Of a DNA stretch of 64,000 nucleotides, positions 18,824-28,532 are shown in pieces (the first letter of the stretch is position 1; the number at the start of each line of letters is the position of its first letter). Origin of the DNA: a virus. The notes beneath the pieces are model-generated. The model worked only from the letters and a program-made list of their open reading frames with translations, was not told the origin of the DNA and made no database searches. The translations under genes were made by a program, and so were the position numbers. The stretch is from positions 130,625-194,624 of IMG/VR virus record IMGVR_UViG_3300042520_001767, one strand, 5' to 3'.

Positions 18824-19127
18824 TATGAAAAATAACTTAAAAGGTGGAAAAGCAGATGAAATGACACCTAAAAAAATTTCGGATAAATTCGATGTTTCAG
18901 TGAAAGATGTCAATAAACAAATTGAAAAAGGAAAGAAAGTTGAATCAGAACATACTGATGATGAAGAAAAACAATTAGAAATTGCCTCTGACCATTTAAC
19001 TGAATTTCCAGATTATTATGATAGAATAGAAAAAATGGAAAAAGAAGCCAAAAAACACTGGGCTAATAAAAAAATAACAAACGAAAGTAAAAAATTTATT
19101 AAAAAATTACTTAGAGAAAACTTATAA
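18816..19127 (+). CDS. Hypothetical protein, DUF5661-like
   Basis: G..VE.EHT......EIA.DHL.E.PDYY motif recalled from that family. Confidence 0.55.
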   Translation: MINMKNNLKGGKADEMTPKKISDKFDVSVKDVNKQIEKGKKVESEHTDDEEKQLEIASDHLTEFPDYYDRIEKMEKEAKKHWANKKITNESKKFIKKLLRENL

Positions 19128-19136
19128 AAAAAGGAC

Positions 19137-19631
19137 CTATTTTTGGTCCTTTTTTATTTCACCTATAAACTCATAACTCCCACATAATCTTTTATTGTCA
19201 TAAATATGATTTTTGTATGTATTTTTTTCATTAACATCATACCTATTTTTTTTATGTTTACTAGTATGTTTCCATAATGGTGATTTATCTCTGTAATTAA
19301 TTAATCTAGGGTGACTAGTTCTAGAGAAAAATCTATGGTCTTGGTTAATATGTATTTGTGCAATTGCGTCAGAAAACCTTACTCCCAACCCCATTCCTTG
19401 ATAATCTGGAAGTATACAAATACGATGACCACGCCACGCATTTTTAAGCGTACCACTAGGCATTGTTATAGCGGCACCAAATGCAACCACATTACCTTCC
19501 CATACCCCAATATAACATCTGGAAGCTTTGTTTATATTTCCATCTAAATAGTGATGGTCTTTAAACATTCCCCAACTATCATAGTTTGTGCGATATATGT
19601 CAATTTTGATTTCTGGTCGGGCAAAAAAAAA
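19137..19631 (-). CDS. GNAT (Mom-like) acetyltransferase domain, probably fused to the upstream ABC ATPase by -1 frameshift
   Basis: W.MFKDHHYL, HRICILPDYQGMGLG; frame extends upstream through ARPEIKIDIYR to the T9 run. Confidence 0.7.
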   Translation of the reverse strand, partial: FFFARPEIKIDIYRTNYDSWGMFKDHHYLDGNINKASRCYIGVWEGNVVAFGAAITMPSGTLKNAWRGHRICILPDYQGMGLGVRFSDAIAQIHINQDHRFFSRTSHPRLINYRDKSPLWKHTSKHKKNRYDVNEKNTYKNHIYDNKRLCGSYEFIGEIKKDQK

Positions 19632-20233
19632 CCGTCCAAGAATTCTCCCGTATCAGTATTTATAACCCAATCTGGTTCTAACCATTCTAAAATGTCACTA
19701 TGACATGTAGATATGACAATATTTTTTAAATCATTATTATTTATGTACCTAGCTAAAGCCATAGAAGCCGATTTAGCGACAATTCTATCAACGACTGAGG
19801 TATACTCATCTATCACCACATTTGATTTAATCTTACGAGCTAAATCAGCTCTAAATTTCTCACCGTTGGATAATACATGATAAGGTTTATACCATGATGG
19901 TATAGAATTGAAACCAACTGAACTTAATCTGTTAATCCCATCTTCTGGATTATCAAAATGTGATATTACTGATTTATTTGAATTCCATTCTGGTTGTTCT
20001 TCAATACCAAATTGTTTAAGTATTGTAGATTTACCACTACCAGAACTACCGACAATTACACCAATTTTAAAATCTTTAGGTAATTTAGTGGGTAAAGCCC
20101 ATGGATAAAATGTTGACGTTCCATCGAATATACAATCGAATGCTGTTTCACTTGCTTCTATAAATTCATCACGCTCAACTGACGAGGTTAAAGGTTTTTT
20201 TTCTCTTTGTAATTTTTCTATAATTTTTCCCAT
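19544..20233 (-). CDS. ABC-type ATPase domain protein
   Basis: GSSGSGKS Walker A, LSNGEKFR signature, VVIDEYTS Walker B; likely start MGKII at 20233. Confidence 0.85.
   Translation of the reverse strand: MGKIIEKLQREKKPLTSSVERDEFIEASETAFDCIFDGTSTFYPWALPTKLPKDFKIGVIVGSSGSGKSTILKQFGIEEQPEWNSNKSVISHFDNPEDGINRLSSVGFNSIPSWYKPYHVLSNGEKFRADLARKIKSNVVIDEYTSVVDRIVAKSASMALARYINNNDLKNIVISTCHSDILEWLEPDWVINTDTGEFLDGFFLPDQKSKLTYIAQTMIVGECLKTITI
19623..19631 (-). other. T9 slippery site
   Basis: GGT TTT TTT TTG; the -1 frame yields FARPEIKIDIYRTNYDSWGMFKDHHYL. Confidence 0.65.
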
Positions 20234-20270
20234 CTGATATTTATTATAAATATCAGAAAAAAAACAAAAA

Positions 20271-20310
20271 AAAAAGTTAGGTTGATAAAATTTTATCAAC
20301 CTAACTTTTT
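20271..20310. terminator. Perfect 40-bp palindrome, terminator-like
   Basis: AAAAAGTTAGGTTGATAAAA-TTTTATCAACCTAACTTTTT. Confidence 0.65.
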
Positions 20311-20331
20311 AATATCTTTAAGATAAAAATA

Positions 20332-20550
20332 TTATTTTTTACCTTCAGTTAATGTTTTGAATTTAGCCTCTAACGCAGCAATTTTACCTTCTAAAACAGA
20401 TGTTTTATTAGTTTGTTTTTTTGCTTGTTCATTAAGCCATTCTTGTTTTTTAACCGCAACAGCTTCATTTACAATGTTATCGATTAAATCTACTAAGTCA
20501 GATTCTTTAATTTTAACTGTTTTTTTTGCAACTGGTTTCATGTTTGACAT
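20332..20550 (-). CDS. Hypothetical coiled-coil protein (72 aa)
   Basis: ORF with KIKESDL motif, preceded by TATTTATA. Confidence 0.75.
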   Translation of the reverse strand: MSNMKPVAKKTVKIKESDLVDLIDNIVNEAVAVKKQEWLNEQAKKQTNKTSVLEGKIAALEAKFKTLTEGKK

Positions 20551-20621
20551 ATTTTTAAATTTTATATAAAAGCTTATTTATATATAAATATAGAATAAAA
20601 TAGAAAAAGTTTATATGTTTA

Positions 20622-20786
20622 TTATTTTTTTGTTGTTTCCACTTTAATTACGTCAAATAAATGTAATAATGTATACCTATCAAAGTTTTTTTTAAAACAA
20701 AAAATGTTAATTGCGTCTTCAAAACTATTAGCTGAAATAGTTGTTATCGGTTCCCCCGATTTGTTTAATAATGAAAATTTACTCAT
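20622..20786 (-). CDS. Hypothetical protein (54 aa, not in track)
   Basis: Manual: MSKFSLLNKSGEP...KVETTKK. Confidence 0.5.
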   Translation of the reverse strand: MSKFSLLNKSGEPITTISANSFEDAINIFCFKKNFDRYTLLHLFDVIKVETTKK

Positions 20787-20813
20787 GGTTGATTATTATT
20801 TAAATTTGTTATT

Positions 20814-22220
20814 TTATATAAAAGTACTCGGTAATAATTGTTTTAATTTTTTATAGTTTTCAATACCTATATCCTCTTCTTTAATAGCGATTCTATCTAA
20901 AGAACCACCGTTTGATTTATCCAAATAAGTGATATCATTAGGTATATCCTTAATTGGGTTACCAATAAGATTCAAAAACTTTAAGTTTTTTAGTAACCCA
21001 ATCTCTTTTGGTAAAGAGATAATGTCATTTTCAGGTAATGATACCATCTCAAGATTAGTTAACTTACCAATTGAAGGGTGAATTTCAGCCATTTTAGCTT
21101 TACAAATAATTAGTTGGTCTAGTTTACTAAACTTACTAATATCTGGCATTTTTGGTATTTCTCGCTTCATAAATATTATTGTTGGTGTTTCCTCATCTAT
21201 CAAATCAAATAAGCTATCGGTAAAACCAAATTTAATTAAATAATCTAGATATTTGTTGTTATCTAAACCTTTTTTATTTTCTTTAGCCATACCAATTAAT
21301 TCCTCATAAAAAAAATTGCTGATACCCTCACTTTTAGATAATACCTCATCAATAATGTTAACATTATTACCGTTTTGTTTATTCTTTAATTGGTTTGTCT
21401 CAAAGTGAATCTGATATAACTCTTGTGTTTCACCTAAAAATAATTTATTTGGTATTATTATATAAATATCAGATTTTTTTCCGTTTGGTTTTCTATTATC
21501 AGTATAACTTTTAAACATACCGTTACCTTTTCTAGCTGTACACCAGTTAGCAAAGTTTTCGAAAATAACACTTGCTTCTGTTGTCTTAGGTATAAATAAC
21601 GTAAAATTTCTATCCCTAACTGGTATTTCAGCTTGCCCAATATCAACAAATCTACGTAATGTTCTCTCCAAAGCACTTGGTTCCTTTTCAATAAAAGGGT
21701 CAACCGAATCAAACAACTGAGATAAAGATTTGTATTGGTTGATATCTGTTGGGTCGGTTACGTCTTTTAAAATGTAACTACCCTTACACAACTCTTTGAA
21801 TTTTCTTTTTCTTTTATTATCTTCAAAAATAGTCAAGTATTTATTTGCTTGCGGTAAATCTTCAACCACTAATCTAGTTGCTATCTCAATACTATTTTCA
21901 TCTTTGTTTTTTAATAAACGAACGAATAAGTTTAACATCCATTGAATATACATTTTATTATCACTTGGGTCAGCAGAAATAATATCAGAAAAAACACCAG
22001 AACAAATGCTAATCATTTGTAAAACACGTTCCTTTTCATTTACCTTTTCAGACAAAATAGCTAACACAACACCAGTACCAGAGGTTATCACTTTTGGTGA
22101 ATAACCATTCTCAACTAATGATGATAATTTACTGTCAACATTATTTTCACTATCACATTCAAATACATCGAATGTTTTAGCTAAAAATGTTAACCTATCT
22201 TTAATGTTTATTTTCCCCAT
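20814..22220 (-). CDS. Leucine-rich-repeat protein (468 aa)
   Basis: C-terminal LRRs IHPSIGKLTNLEMVSLPENDIISLPKEIGLLKNLKFLNLIGNPIKDIP; central WCT motif. Confidence 0.8.
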   Translation of the reverse strand: MGKINIKDRLTFLAKTFDVFECDSENNVDSKLSSLVENGYSPKVITSGTGVVLAILSEKVNEKERVLQMISICSGVFSDIISADPSDNKMYIQWMLNLFVRLLKNKDENSIEIATRLVVEDLPQANKYLTIFEDNKRKRKFKELCKGSYILKDVTDPTDINQYKSLSQLFDSVDPFIEKEPSALERTLRRFVDIGQAEIPVRDRNFTLFIPKTTEASVIFENFANWCTARKGNGMFKSYTDNRKPNGKKSDIYIIIPNKLFLGETQELYQIHFETNQLKNKQNGNNVNIIDEVLSKSEGISNFFYEELIGMAKENKKGLDNNKYLDYLIKFGFTDSLFDLIDEETPTIIFMKREIPKMPDISKFSKLDQLIICKAKMAEIHPSIGKLTNLEMVSLPENDIISLPKEIGLLKNLKFLNLIGNPIKDIPNDITYLDKSNGGSLDRIAIKEEDIGIENYKKLKQLLPSTFI

Positions 22221-22267
22221 ATTATTTTTGTTACAAATATACTTAAAAAATAACAGTTTATCAATGA

Positions 22268-22609
22268 CTAAATAAAAAATCTATCGAAAAAATCCTCATC
22301 AACATACTCTTCAATTCTTTTCTTTAAAAACAATACCAAACCGTCAAGATTATCGCTTTCTCGTTCAATTATATCCAACATAATATAATTTGGGTCTTCA
22401 CCATCAGTTATCCTATATTTTATCTCTGTTATATAATCAATTTTAGAATCTTCAGTTAATTCTTCAACAACAAGGTTATACGTCTCCCATCTAGATTGTT
22501 TCTCTTCATCTAATGTTTCAATCACATTTATAATATGTTTATTATATGCTTTATCTAAAATTGTACGTTTATTATTCGTATGTTTGAATAATATATTTTT
22601 AGCTTCCAT
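22268..22609 (-). CDS. Hypothetical protein (113 aa), paralog of 22740..23060
   Basis: Shared E..Y..TD..DPN motif. Confidence 0.75.
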   Translation of the reverse strand: MEAKNILFKHTNNKRTILDKAYNKHIINVIETLDEEKQSRWETYNLVVEELTEDSKIDYITEIKYRITDGEDPNYIMLDIIERESDNLDGLVLFLKKRIEEYVDEDFFDRFFI

Positions 22610-22739
22610 AGATATAAAATTTATTAAAGTTATCTAACTATAAATATCTGGTTTTCACCCAATATCTACTATTTTTGTTAACTTATTTTAACCATTTAAA
22701 ATATTGATATTTAATAACTTACTTATAAAATATAGGTAT

Positions 22740-23060
22740 TTAAAAATTAATAATTTTATTATATAACCTTTCTAATTCTGGTGTTTTGGTTTTTAGTGTT
22801 TCTATAACCTCGATACAAACTATATTTGGGTCTAAATCGTCTGTTAATTTATATTGCAGTTCTTTAACTTTCAACATATCTTTTAAGTTATTTTTTAATT
22901 CTAAAATAACTTGGTTATAAGTTAACCAAGCTCTCTTATTGTCCATATTACCAATAACAAGTTTTTCAGTTAGTTTAATTTCATATTCGTGTTCTAGATT
23001 AGTATTAAAGTCACCATAATATTCCTTTAACACTAACTTTATTTTAGTATTTAACTCCAT
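22740..23060 (-). CDS. Hypothetical protein (106 aa)
   Basis: ORF; shared motif with 22268..22609. Confidence 0.75.
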   Translation of the reverse strand: MELNTKIKLVLKEYYGDFNTNLEHEYEIKLTEKLVIGNMDNKRAWLTYNQVILELKNNLKDMLKVKELQYKLTDDLDPNIVCIEVIETLKTKTPELERLYNKIINF

Positions 23061-23070
23061 TTTTTTTTAC

Positions 23071-23403
23071 TTAGTTCAACGAAACATTTTTAGATAATGA
23101 ATAATTATCAGTAATTTTATTAAACATCCAATCTTTTATTACTTGTTTAGTAAAGTCATCACCAGTTTTAAATTTGTATTTCATATATTCATATAAGTCT
23201 TTAGGTGAAATAATTTCTTCATCAGCCTTAACCATAATCATAGGTTTTTCAAAATATTCACCACCCTCACGAACAAATTTTTCAGCTGGTTCATAATTAT
23301 TGTCTAAAAATTCTTTCATTTGTTTTACAATACCACTATAGATATTAGTTTCAGCTATTATTCTTTTGTATTGAGATTCTGTAATAATAAGTTTCTTTTT
23401 CAT
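23071..23403 (-). CDS. Hypothetical protein (110 aa)
   Basis: MKKKLIITESQY start, preceded by TATTTATA. Confidence 0.75.
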   Translation of the reverse strand: MKKKLIITESQYKRIIAETNIYSGIVKQMKEFLDNNYEPAEKFVREGGEYFEKPMIMVKADEEIISPKDLYEYMKYKFKTGDDFTKQVIKDWMFNKITDNYSLSKNVSLN

Positions 23404-23426
23404 ATTTATAAATATCTAAGAACACA

Positions 23427-23455
23427 AAAAAAGGTCCCAAATAGGACCTTTTTAT
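23427..23455. terminator. Terminator-like hairpin
   Basis: AAAAAAGGTCC-CAAATA-GGACCTTTTT. Confidence 0.65.
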
Positions 23456-23476
23456 TTTTTAACATTAGTTGTTAAA

Positions 23477-23800
23477 CTATAATTCATTAATCATTTTCTG
23501 TAATTCTTCCTTTGATTTGAAACCTACAAATTTAGCACCATTAACCTCTTTACCATCTTTAAAGAATATTACGGTTGGAATACCCCTAACACCGTATTTT
23601 TGTGCTAATTCTTGATTTCCATCTACATTTACCTTACCAATAGTTATATCACTATTTTGTTCATCCGTTGATAATGATTCCATTACTGGTGTCAACATTT
23701 TGCAAGGTCCACACCAATCTGCGCTAAATTGTAATACACCTATTTTTGATTGAATAACCTCATTAACATTATTTTCTGTAATTTGTTTTACTTTGCTCAT
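23477..23800 (-). CDS. trxA: Thioredoxin
   Basis: FSADWCGPCKML, YGVRGIPT. Confidence 0.96.
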   Translation of the reverse strand: MSKVKQITENNVNEVIQSKIGVLQFSADWCGPCKMLTPVMESLSTDEQNSDITIGKVNVDGNQELAQKYGVRGIPTVIFFKDGKEVNGAKFVGFKSKEELQKMINEL

Positions 23801-23921
23801 CTTTTTTTTTTTATTATTTTATTATTATTTTATTATTATAAGTATAGTGTTTAAATTTTTAAAATCAATAAAGTTAATTAGTAATTTTAGTAAAACTTTT
23901 AAATTGATATTGTAGGTTAAG

Positions 23922-24227
23922 TTAAAAATTAAAAAATGTTCTAGTCGCAATAACAATTTTTTGAAAATCGACATATCTGTCAGAATCAAAATACTCAGCT
24001 ATATATTTACCGCATGTTTTATCGTCAAAACCATATATCAAAATTAAATCATTTGTTATCTTTATTACATCATCGATTTCTTTTTTATCTAAATTACCAG
24101 ATTTTAATGATAAATTTAATGTTCTACAATAACCATAATACGTTGAATATTGTGAAAATTTAAATCTATCTAAAGAAGATTCACAAATAGTTAAAAAAAC
24201 ATAATTATCAAATTTTACCATATTCAC
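23922..24227 (-). CDS. Hypothetical protein (101 aa)
   Basis: ORF. Confidence 0.6.
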   Translation of the reverse strand: MNMVKFDNYVFLTICESSLDRFKFSQYSTYYGYCRTLNLSLKSGNLDKKEIDDVIKITNDLILIYGFDDKTCGKYIAEYFDSDRYVDFQKIVIATRTFFNF

Positions 24228-24267
24228 TCATATTAATATATTTATAAAACAAGAAACAAAAAAAAAT

Positions 24268-24510
24268 ATGGATAAAAATGAAACAAATATGATGATTAAA
24301 TTTATAGAAAGAAAATATCCAGTATCCAGAATAAAAGATAATATGCGTTTCAAAAGGGCTATAATTTTAGATAACGATACCCATTATTTTTTAGGTAATG
24401 AAAATTCCCATAATCAAATAATCTTGCATCTTTGTCAAACTCTTAAAATAATTTTTTATTGTGAGGAAAAAAAGTGTATAGAGATTATAAAAAAATACTT
24501 AAATATTTAA
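24268..24510 (+). CDS. Hypothetical protein (80 aa)
   Basis: ORF preceded by TATTTATA. Confidence 0.65.
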   Translation: MDKNETNMMIKFIERKYPVSRIKDNMRFKRAIILDNDTHYFLGNENSHNQIILHLCQTLKIIFYCEEKKCIEIIKKYLNI

Positions 24511-25092
24511 CTACCACTCCTCAATCTTTTGTAATGTTAATTGTGTCCAATATCTACAGTTAGCACCATTAATACTTCCATACATTTCTTGAATTTGCAT
24601 ATAAACTAATTTGTTGTTATAGTCTAATATTTGACCACTAAAAGGTCTACTACTTCCACCTAATAATTGAGTTGTTGATAAAGGGTGTTCGGTTATCTTA
24701 CCACCTGAGATATAATATGTTTTTGACATATCCCCGTTTAATATGAAATTACCGTTTCTATAAAATGAATATGTTGTTTCATCTTTAACGATTATTTCGA
24801 TATCAAATTTATAACCACCATATAATAAACTAGAATTAGTTTTATTATAACCAAAATGTCTATACTTTATTTTTTCACCAGTTTCTTTATTTTCAACATA
24901 CATTACAGCATCTCTAACTATAAACTTACCAAATAAAGAAATAGATTGTGTTTTATCATTCTCCCATAGATAATAGGATTCTGGGTTACCTTTAGGGTAA
25001 TCATCACTAGGATAAATAGAATCTTTTTCACAAGAGGTTAGATTTAATAAAATAACCGTAACTATAGATAACTTTATAAGTAAATTTTTCAT
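24511..25092 (-). CDS. Putative lipoprotein (193 aa)
   Basis: MKNLLIKLSIVTVILLNLTS-CEKD lipobox, Bacteroidota style. Confidence 0.7.
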   Translation of the reverse strand: MKNLLIKLSIVTVILLNLTSCEKDSIYPSDDYPKGNPESYYLWENDKTQSISLFGKFIVRDAVMYVENKETGEKIKYRHFGYNKTNSSLLYGGYKFDIEIIVKDETTYSFYRNGNFILNGDMSKTYYISGGKITEHPLSTTQLLGGSSRPFSGQILDYNNKLVYMQIQEMYGSINGANCRYWTQLTLQKIEEW

Positions 25093-25148
25093 ACTATTTG
25101 TTTTTATTTATACAAATTTAGTGAATTTATTTTAATATAACAAATTTT

Positions 25149-25565
25149 TTAAATATTTTTTGTTTGTATGTCTGAAAATAAATTAGAAATCTTCTTATCT
25201 TCTGCTTCTTCATCCCTATCGACAATTCTTTTTATATCATACAACATAGCGTCTAACACACTTACCTTATTATCCAATAAACGTACATTATTCGGCATAT
25301 CTTGCCAATCATCCCCTAACAAATCATTTAATTTACTTTCAATTTTATAATTAATATTATTAATGTTTTCTAATTCATTTCTATATTTTTCAATTAAAGA
25401 GTAATCCATTAATTCTTCCAAGGTTGATGAAATAACAATATTATACATACCATTAACTTTGTTTATTAATTGATTTATGTTTTGAGTTAACGATTCAATA
25501 TTAACATCTTCTGTTAATATATGCTTTAACATTTTTATTTGTCCTTCTGTTAATTTTATTTTCAT
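25149..25565 (-). CDS. Hypothetical protein (138 aa)
   Basis: MKIKLTEGQ start, preceded by TATTTATA. Confidence 0.7.
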   Translation of the reverse strand: MKIKLTEGQIKMLKHILTEDVNIESLTQNINQLINKVNGMYNIVISSTLEELMDYSLIEKYRNELENINNINYKIESKLNDLLGDDWQDMPNNVRLLDNKVSVLDAMLYDIKRIVDRDEEAEDKKISNLFSDIQTKNI

Positions 25566-25620
25566 ATCTTTTTATTATAAATATACTTGATTATTTAAAA
25601 ATATTTAACTATATTTTTAA

Positions 25621-26073
25621 ATGGCAAATTTAGACTTTATAAGTGATTTAAAACTAGGTAATGAAGGGGAAGAAACCATCATAAAATACCTATTAGATAA
25701 TGGTTGTAAATACGTTGACTCTAACAATGATAACAAATATGACCTAAAAATGATTAAAAAAGACGTGGAGACAACTTACGAAATAAAAACTGACGTAAAA
25801 TGTGCACCACTTTTTGATACTGGAAATATTTTTATTGAATTTGAATCCAGAGGTAAAGCATCTGGTATATCAGTAACACAAGCTGATTGGTTTGTAACAT
25901 ATTTTAAATACCTAAAAGAAGCGTGGTTTATTAAATCAGATAAATTAAAAAAATTAATAAATGAAAACGATTTCCAAACATTTAAAGACGCTGGTGATGT
26001 CGGAAGTGCAACTCATGGATATTTAATAAAAAGAAAAGACTTTAAAGAATATTTCTATGTGTATAAATTATAA
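25621..26073 (+). CDS. Putative PD-(D/E)XK nuclease
   Basis: G..GE...YDL...YEIKTD pattern. Confidence 0.6.
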   Translation: MANLDFISDLKLGNEGEETIIKYLLDNGCKYVDSNNDNKYDLKMIKKDVETTYEIKTDVKCAPLFDTGNIFIEFESRGKASGISVTQADWFVTYFKYLKEAWFIKSDKLKKLINENDFQTFKDAGDVGSATHGYLIKRKDFKEYFYVYKL

Positions 26074-26683
26074 CAAACAACTATTAATCGAATTAGTCCC
26101 AAAAACATGTCATTTTTCAAACGCAAGAACAATGGTACCCACTAAAGATTGGGATAAAATACGAAGATTATCATACGCTTCAGCAAATAATAAATGTGAA
26201 ATTTGTGGAGATTCTGGTAAAAATCAAGGTTTTAAACACGCTGTAGAATGTCATGAAATATGGGAATATAACGATGAAAACCATATCCAAAAATTAATCG
26301 GTTTAATTTCATTATGTCCTTATTGTCATTTAACCAAACATATAGGTAGAGCGATAGCTATGGGTAAAGAAAAGATTTGTCATGTACAAATGGCAAAGGT
26401 GAATAAGTGGACACAACAACAAATACGAGAACACATTCTAACCTCATTTGAACAACATAAAGAACGTTCTAAATATCAATGGGAATTAGATATCACTATA
26501 TTAGAAAAAGAACCTTACAACATAAAATTAAAAGACTTTGATAAAAGAATATTCGAGGTTAAAAAATATAAGAAAAAGAAGAAAAAGAAAGTTCTTGGTG
26601 CACCTAAAAAGATTCACCCAAAAGCTAAGATGGCCGCTGCGTTAAAACCAAAAACAACAAATAAACGACCACCTAAAAGTTAA
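26057..26683 (+). CDS. HNH endonuclease-family protein
   Basis: CEICG...ECHEIW...LCPYCH..KH. Confidence 0.75.
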   Translation: MCINYNKQLLIELVPKTCHFSNARTMVPTKDWDKIRRLSYASANNKCEICGDSGKNQGFKHAVECHEIWEYNDENHIQKLIGLISLCPYCHLTKHIGRAIAMGKEKICHVQMAKVNKWTQQQIREHILTSFEQHKERSKYQWELDITILEKEPYNIKLKDFDKRIFEVKKYKKKKKKKVLGAPKKIHPKAKMAAALKPKTTNKRPPKS

Positions 26684-27399
26684 TAATGTATTAATGACCA
26701 ATTTCCGTCATAATCCTCAACCAACGCTGTGTTCGATTCAACCCAATCACCAGAATTCATATATTCAATTCCATCTATATTTCTAATCTCAGCTTTATGT
26801 ATATGTCCGCAAATTACACCATCAAAACCTAAAGACTTAGAATGTGACACCATGTGGTTTTCAAAATTACCAATAAAGTTTGTTGCTTCTTTAACACTGG
26901 CTTTTATTTTTTGCGATAATGAAAAATATTCTTTACCCATAAATGCTCTATAATTATTATACCATTTATTTAACCAAAGAGCCATATCATAACAAATAGA
27001 ACCAACCTTAGCCAACCATTTTATTTCATTAATAAAAATATCAAAAATATCTCCATGTAGAACCAAATATTTTTTACCGTTTAAACCATATAGCTCGTGA
27101 TTTTCCACTATTTCTATATTACCTAAACTAATCGGGATGAAATCATATAAAAAGTCATCATGGTTCCCTCTAACCCATATTACTTTAGTCTTATAAGCTT
27201 TTTTCATTATTTTCCTAACACATTTCATATGTTCCCCTGACCAAGAGTTACCCCTTTTTAATGCCCAACCATCAATAATATCCCCATTCAATATTAGTGT
27301 TTCACATTTAATTTCACTTAAAAATTTATAGATGTCTTTTGACCTAGAATAAGTCGAACCTAAATGCAAATCTGAAATTATAACTGTTTTGTAATTCAT
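26680..27399 (-). CDS. Metallophosphoesterase, LpxH/YbbF-like
   Basis: SDLHLG, NGDIIDGW, RGNHDD, HGD, CGHIH, NSGDWVE. Confidence 0.9.
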   Translation of the reverse strand: MNYKTVIISDLHLGSTYSRSKDIYKFLSEIKCETLILNGDIIDGWALKRGNSWSGEHMKCVRKIMKKAYKTKVIWVRGNHDDFLYDFIPISLGNIEIVENHELYGLNGKKYLVLHGDIFDIFINEIKWLAKVGSICYDMALWLNKWYNNYRAFMGKEYFSLSQKIKASVKEATNFIGNFENHMVSHSKSLGFDGVICGHIHKAEIRNIDGIEYMNSGDWVESNTALVEDYDGNWSLIHY

Positions 27400-28100
27400 A
27401 ACCAATAACCAATGTCTTTTTTAAAATATTCTTTATTATTCCTATTTATTGTGTTTTTGATAAAATATTTTATCATTTGTAAAGTACCTAATTTTTTAAA
27501 ACGTCTATCATCAGTATAAGTGTACTCATTTAAAATAACATACTTTTTAGTATCAATACTTTTACTCAAAAAATAATCCTCACAATGCATTAGTGATTCA
27601 TCAAAACCACCAATATTTAAAAACGCTCCTTTATTTATCATCATATAAGAACCAACAACAAAAGGTTTATCTAATTTTGATAAATAAAAAATTATATTAC
27701 AAAAAAAATAAATAATTTTTACCCTTAGATTATTTTCAATGTTTAATAAACAACCCAATAACTCAGCCTTCTTCTCATTGAACATCTCAAAAGAATCTAA
27801 AATTAATGTTGTGTTTTTAAAATAAACATCCGAATCCAAAAATAATAAAACATCACCTTCAGCCTCCAAAGCACCCCTGTTTCTACCAACCGAAGGTAAA
27901 CCACCTTTAATTACTTTTAAATTAGGTAGCAAATTAGTGTAATTACTTATTATTTGTAGTGTGTTGTCTGTTGACTCAGCATCCGCTATTATTATCTCTA
28001 CATATTTTGGTAATCCCTGTTCAATTAAACAGTCCAACAGAACACCTATATAATTTTCTTCGTTTTTACACGGTATTATAATCGATAGTTTTTTTCTCAT
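27396..28100 (-). CDS. Glycosyltransferase family 2
   Basis: IIIPCKNEE, IADAES.D.T, GRN.GA, FLDSD, GGFDE, EDY. Confidence 0.92.
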   Translation of the reverse strand: MRKKLSIIIPCKNEENYIGVLLDCLIEQGLPKYVEIIIADAESTDNTLQIISNYTNLLPNLKVIKGGLPSVGRNRGALEAEGDVLLFLDSDVYFKNTTLILDSFEMFNEKKAELLGCLLNIENNLRVKIIYFFCNIIFYLSKLDKPFVVGSYMMINKGAFLNIGGFDESLMHCEDYFLSKSIDTKKYVILNEYTYTDDRRFKKLGTLQMIKYFIKNTINRNNKEYFKKDIGYWL

Positions 28101-28187
28101 AATTATAAATAGATAAAAACCATGTTATACCATGTTAAGAAATTATTATTTTTTTTATTTAATACCATATTTATTAAATAAAAACCA

Positions 28188-28508
28188 ATGAATATAGTAC
28201 ATGTGAAGACTAATAACCAAGAAATAGAATCTTGGTTAGCCTTATTAGATAATGAAGTTATCGGACATATTTTTATGAAAATAGAAAATAATAATAAAAT
28301 TAAGTTTTTAGATGCTTGGATACATGATGAACATAGAAGAAAAGGTATATATAGAAAACTATGGGAAACTAGATGGAAATATGTAAATGAAAACTATAAA
28401 GACTATATAATATACGCTTGGTGTAAAGAAAATAGCTTACCGCTATTATTAGAAAAAGGATTCGTTTCTGGTGAAACTTGTACTTATGTTGAATTTAACA
28501 ACAATTAA
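28188..28508 (+). CDS. GNAT acetyltransferase
   Basis: WIHDEHRRKGIY motif A; LL.EKGF. Confidence 0.75.
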   Translation: MNIVHVKTNNQEIESWLALLDNEVIGHIFMKIENNNKIKFLDAWIHDEHRRKGIYRKLWETRWKYVNENYKDYIIYAWCKENSLPLLLEKGFVSGETCTYVEFNNN

Positions 28509-28532
28509 TAATATTTATTATAAAAATATATC

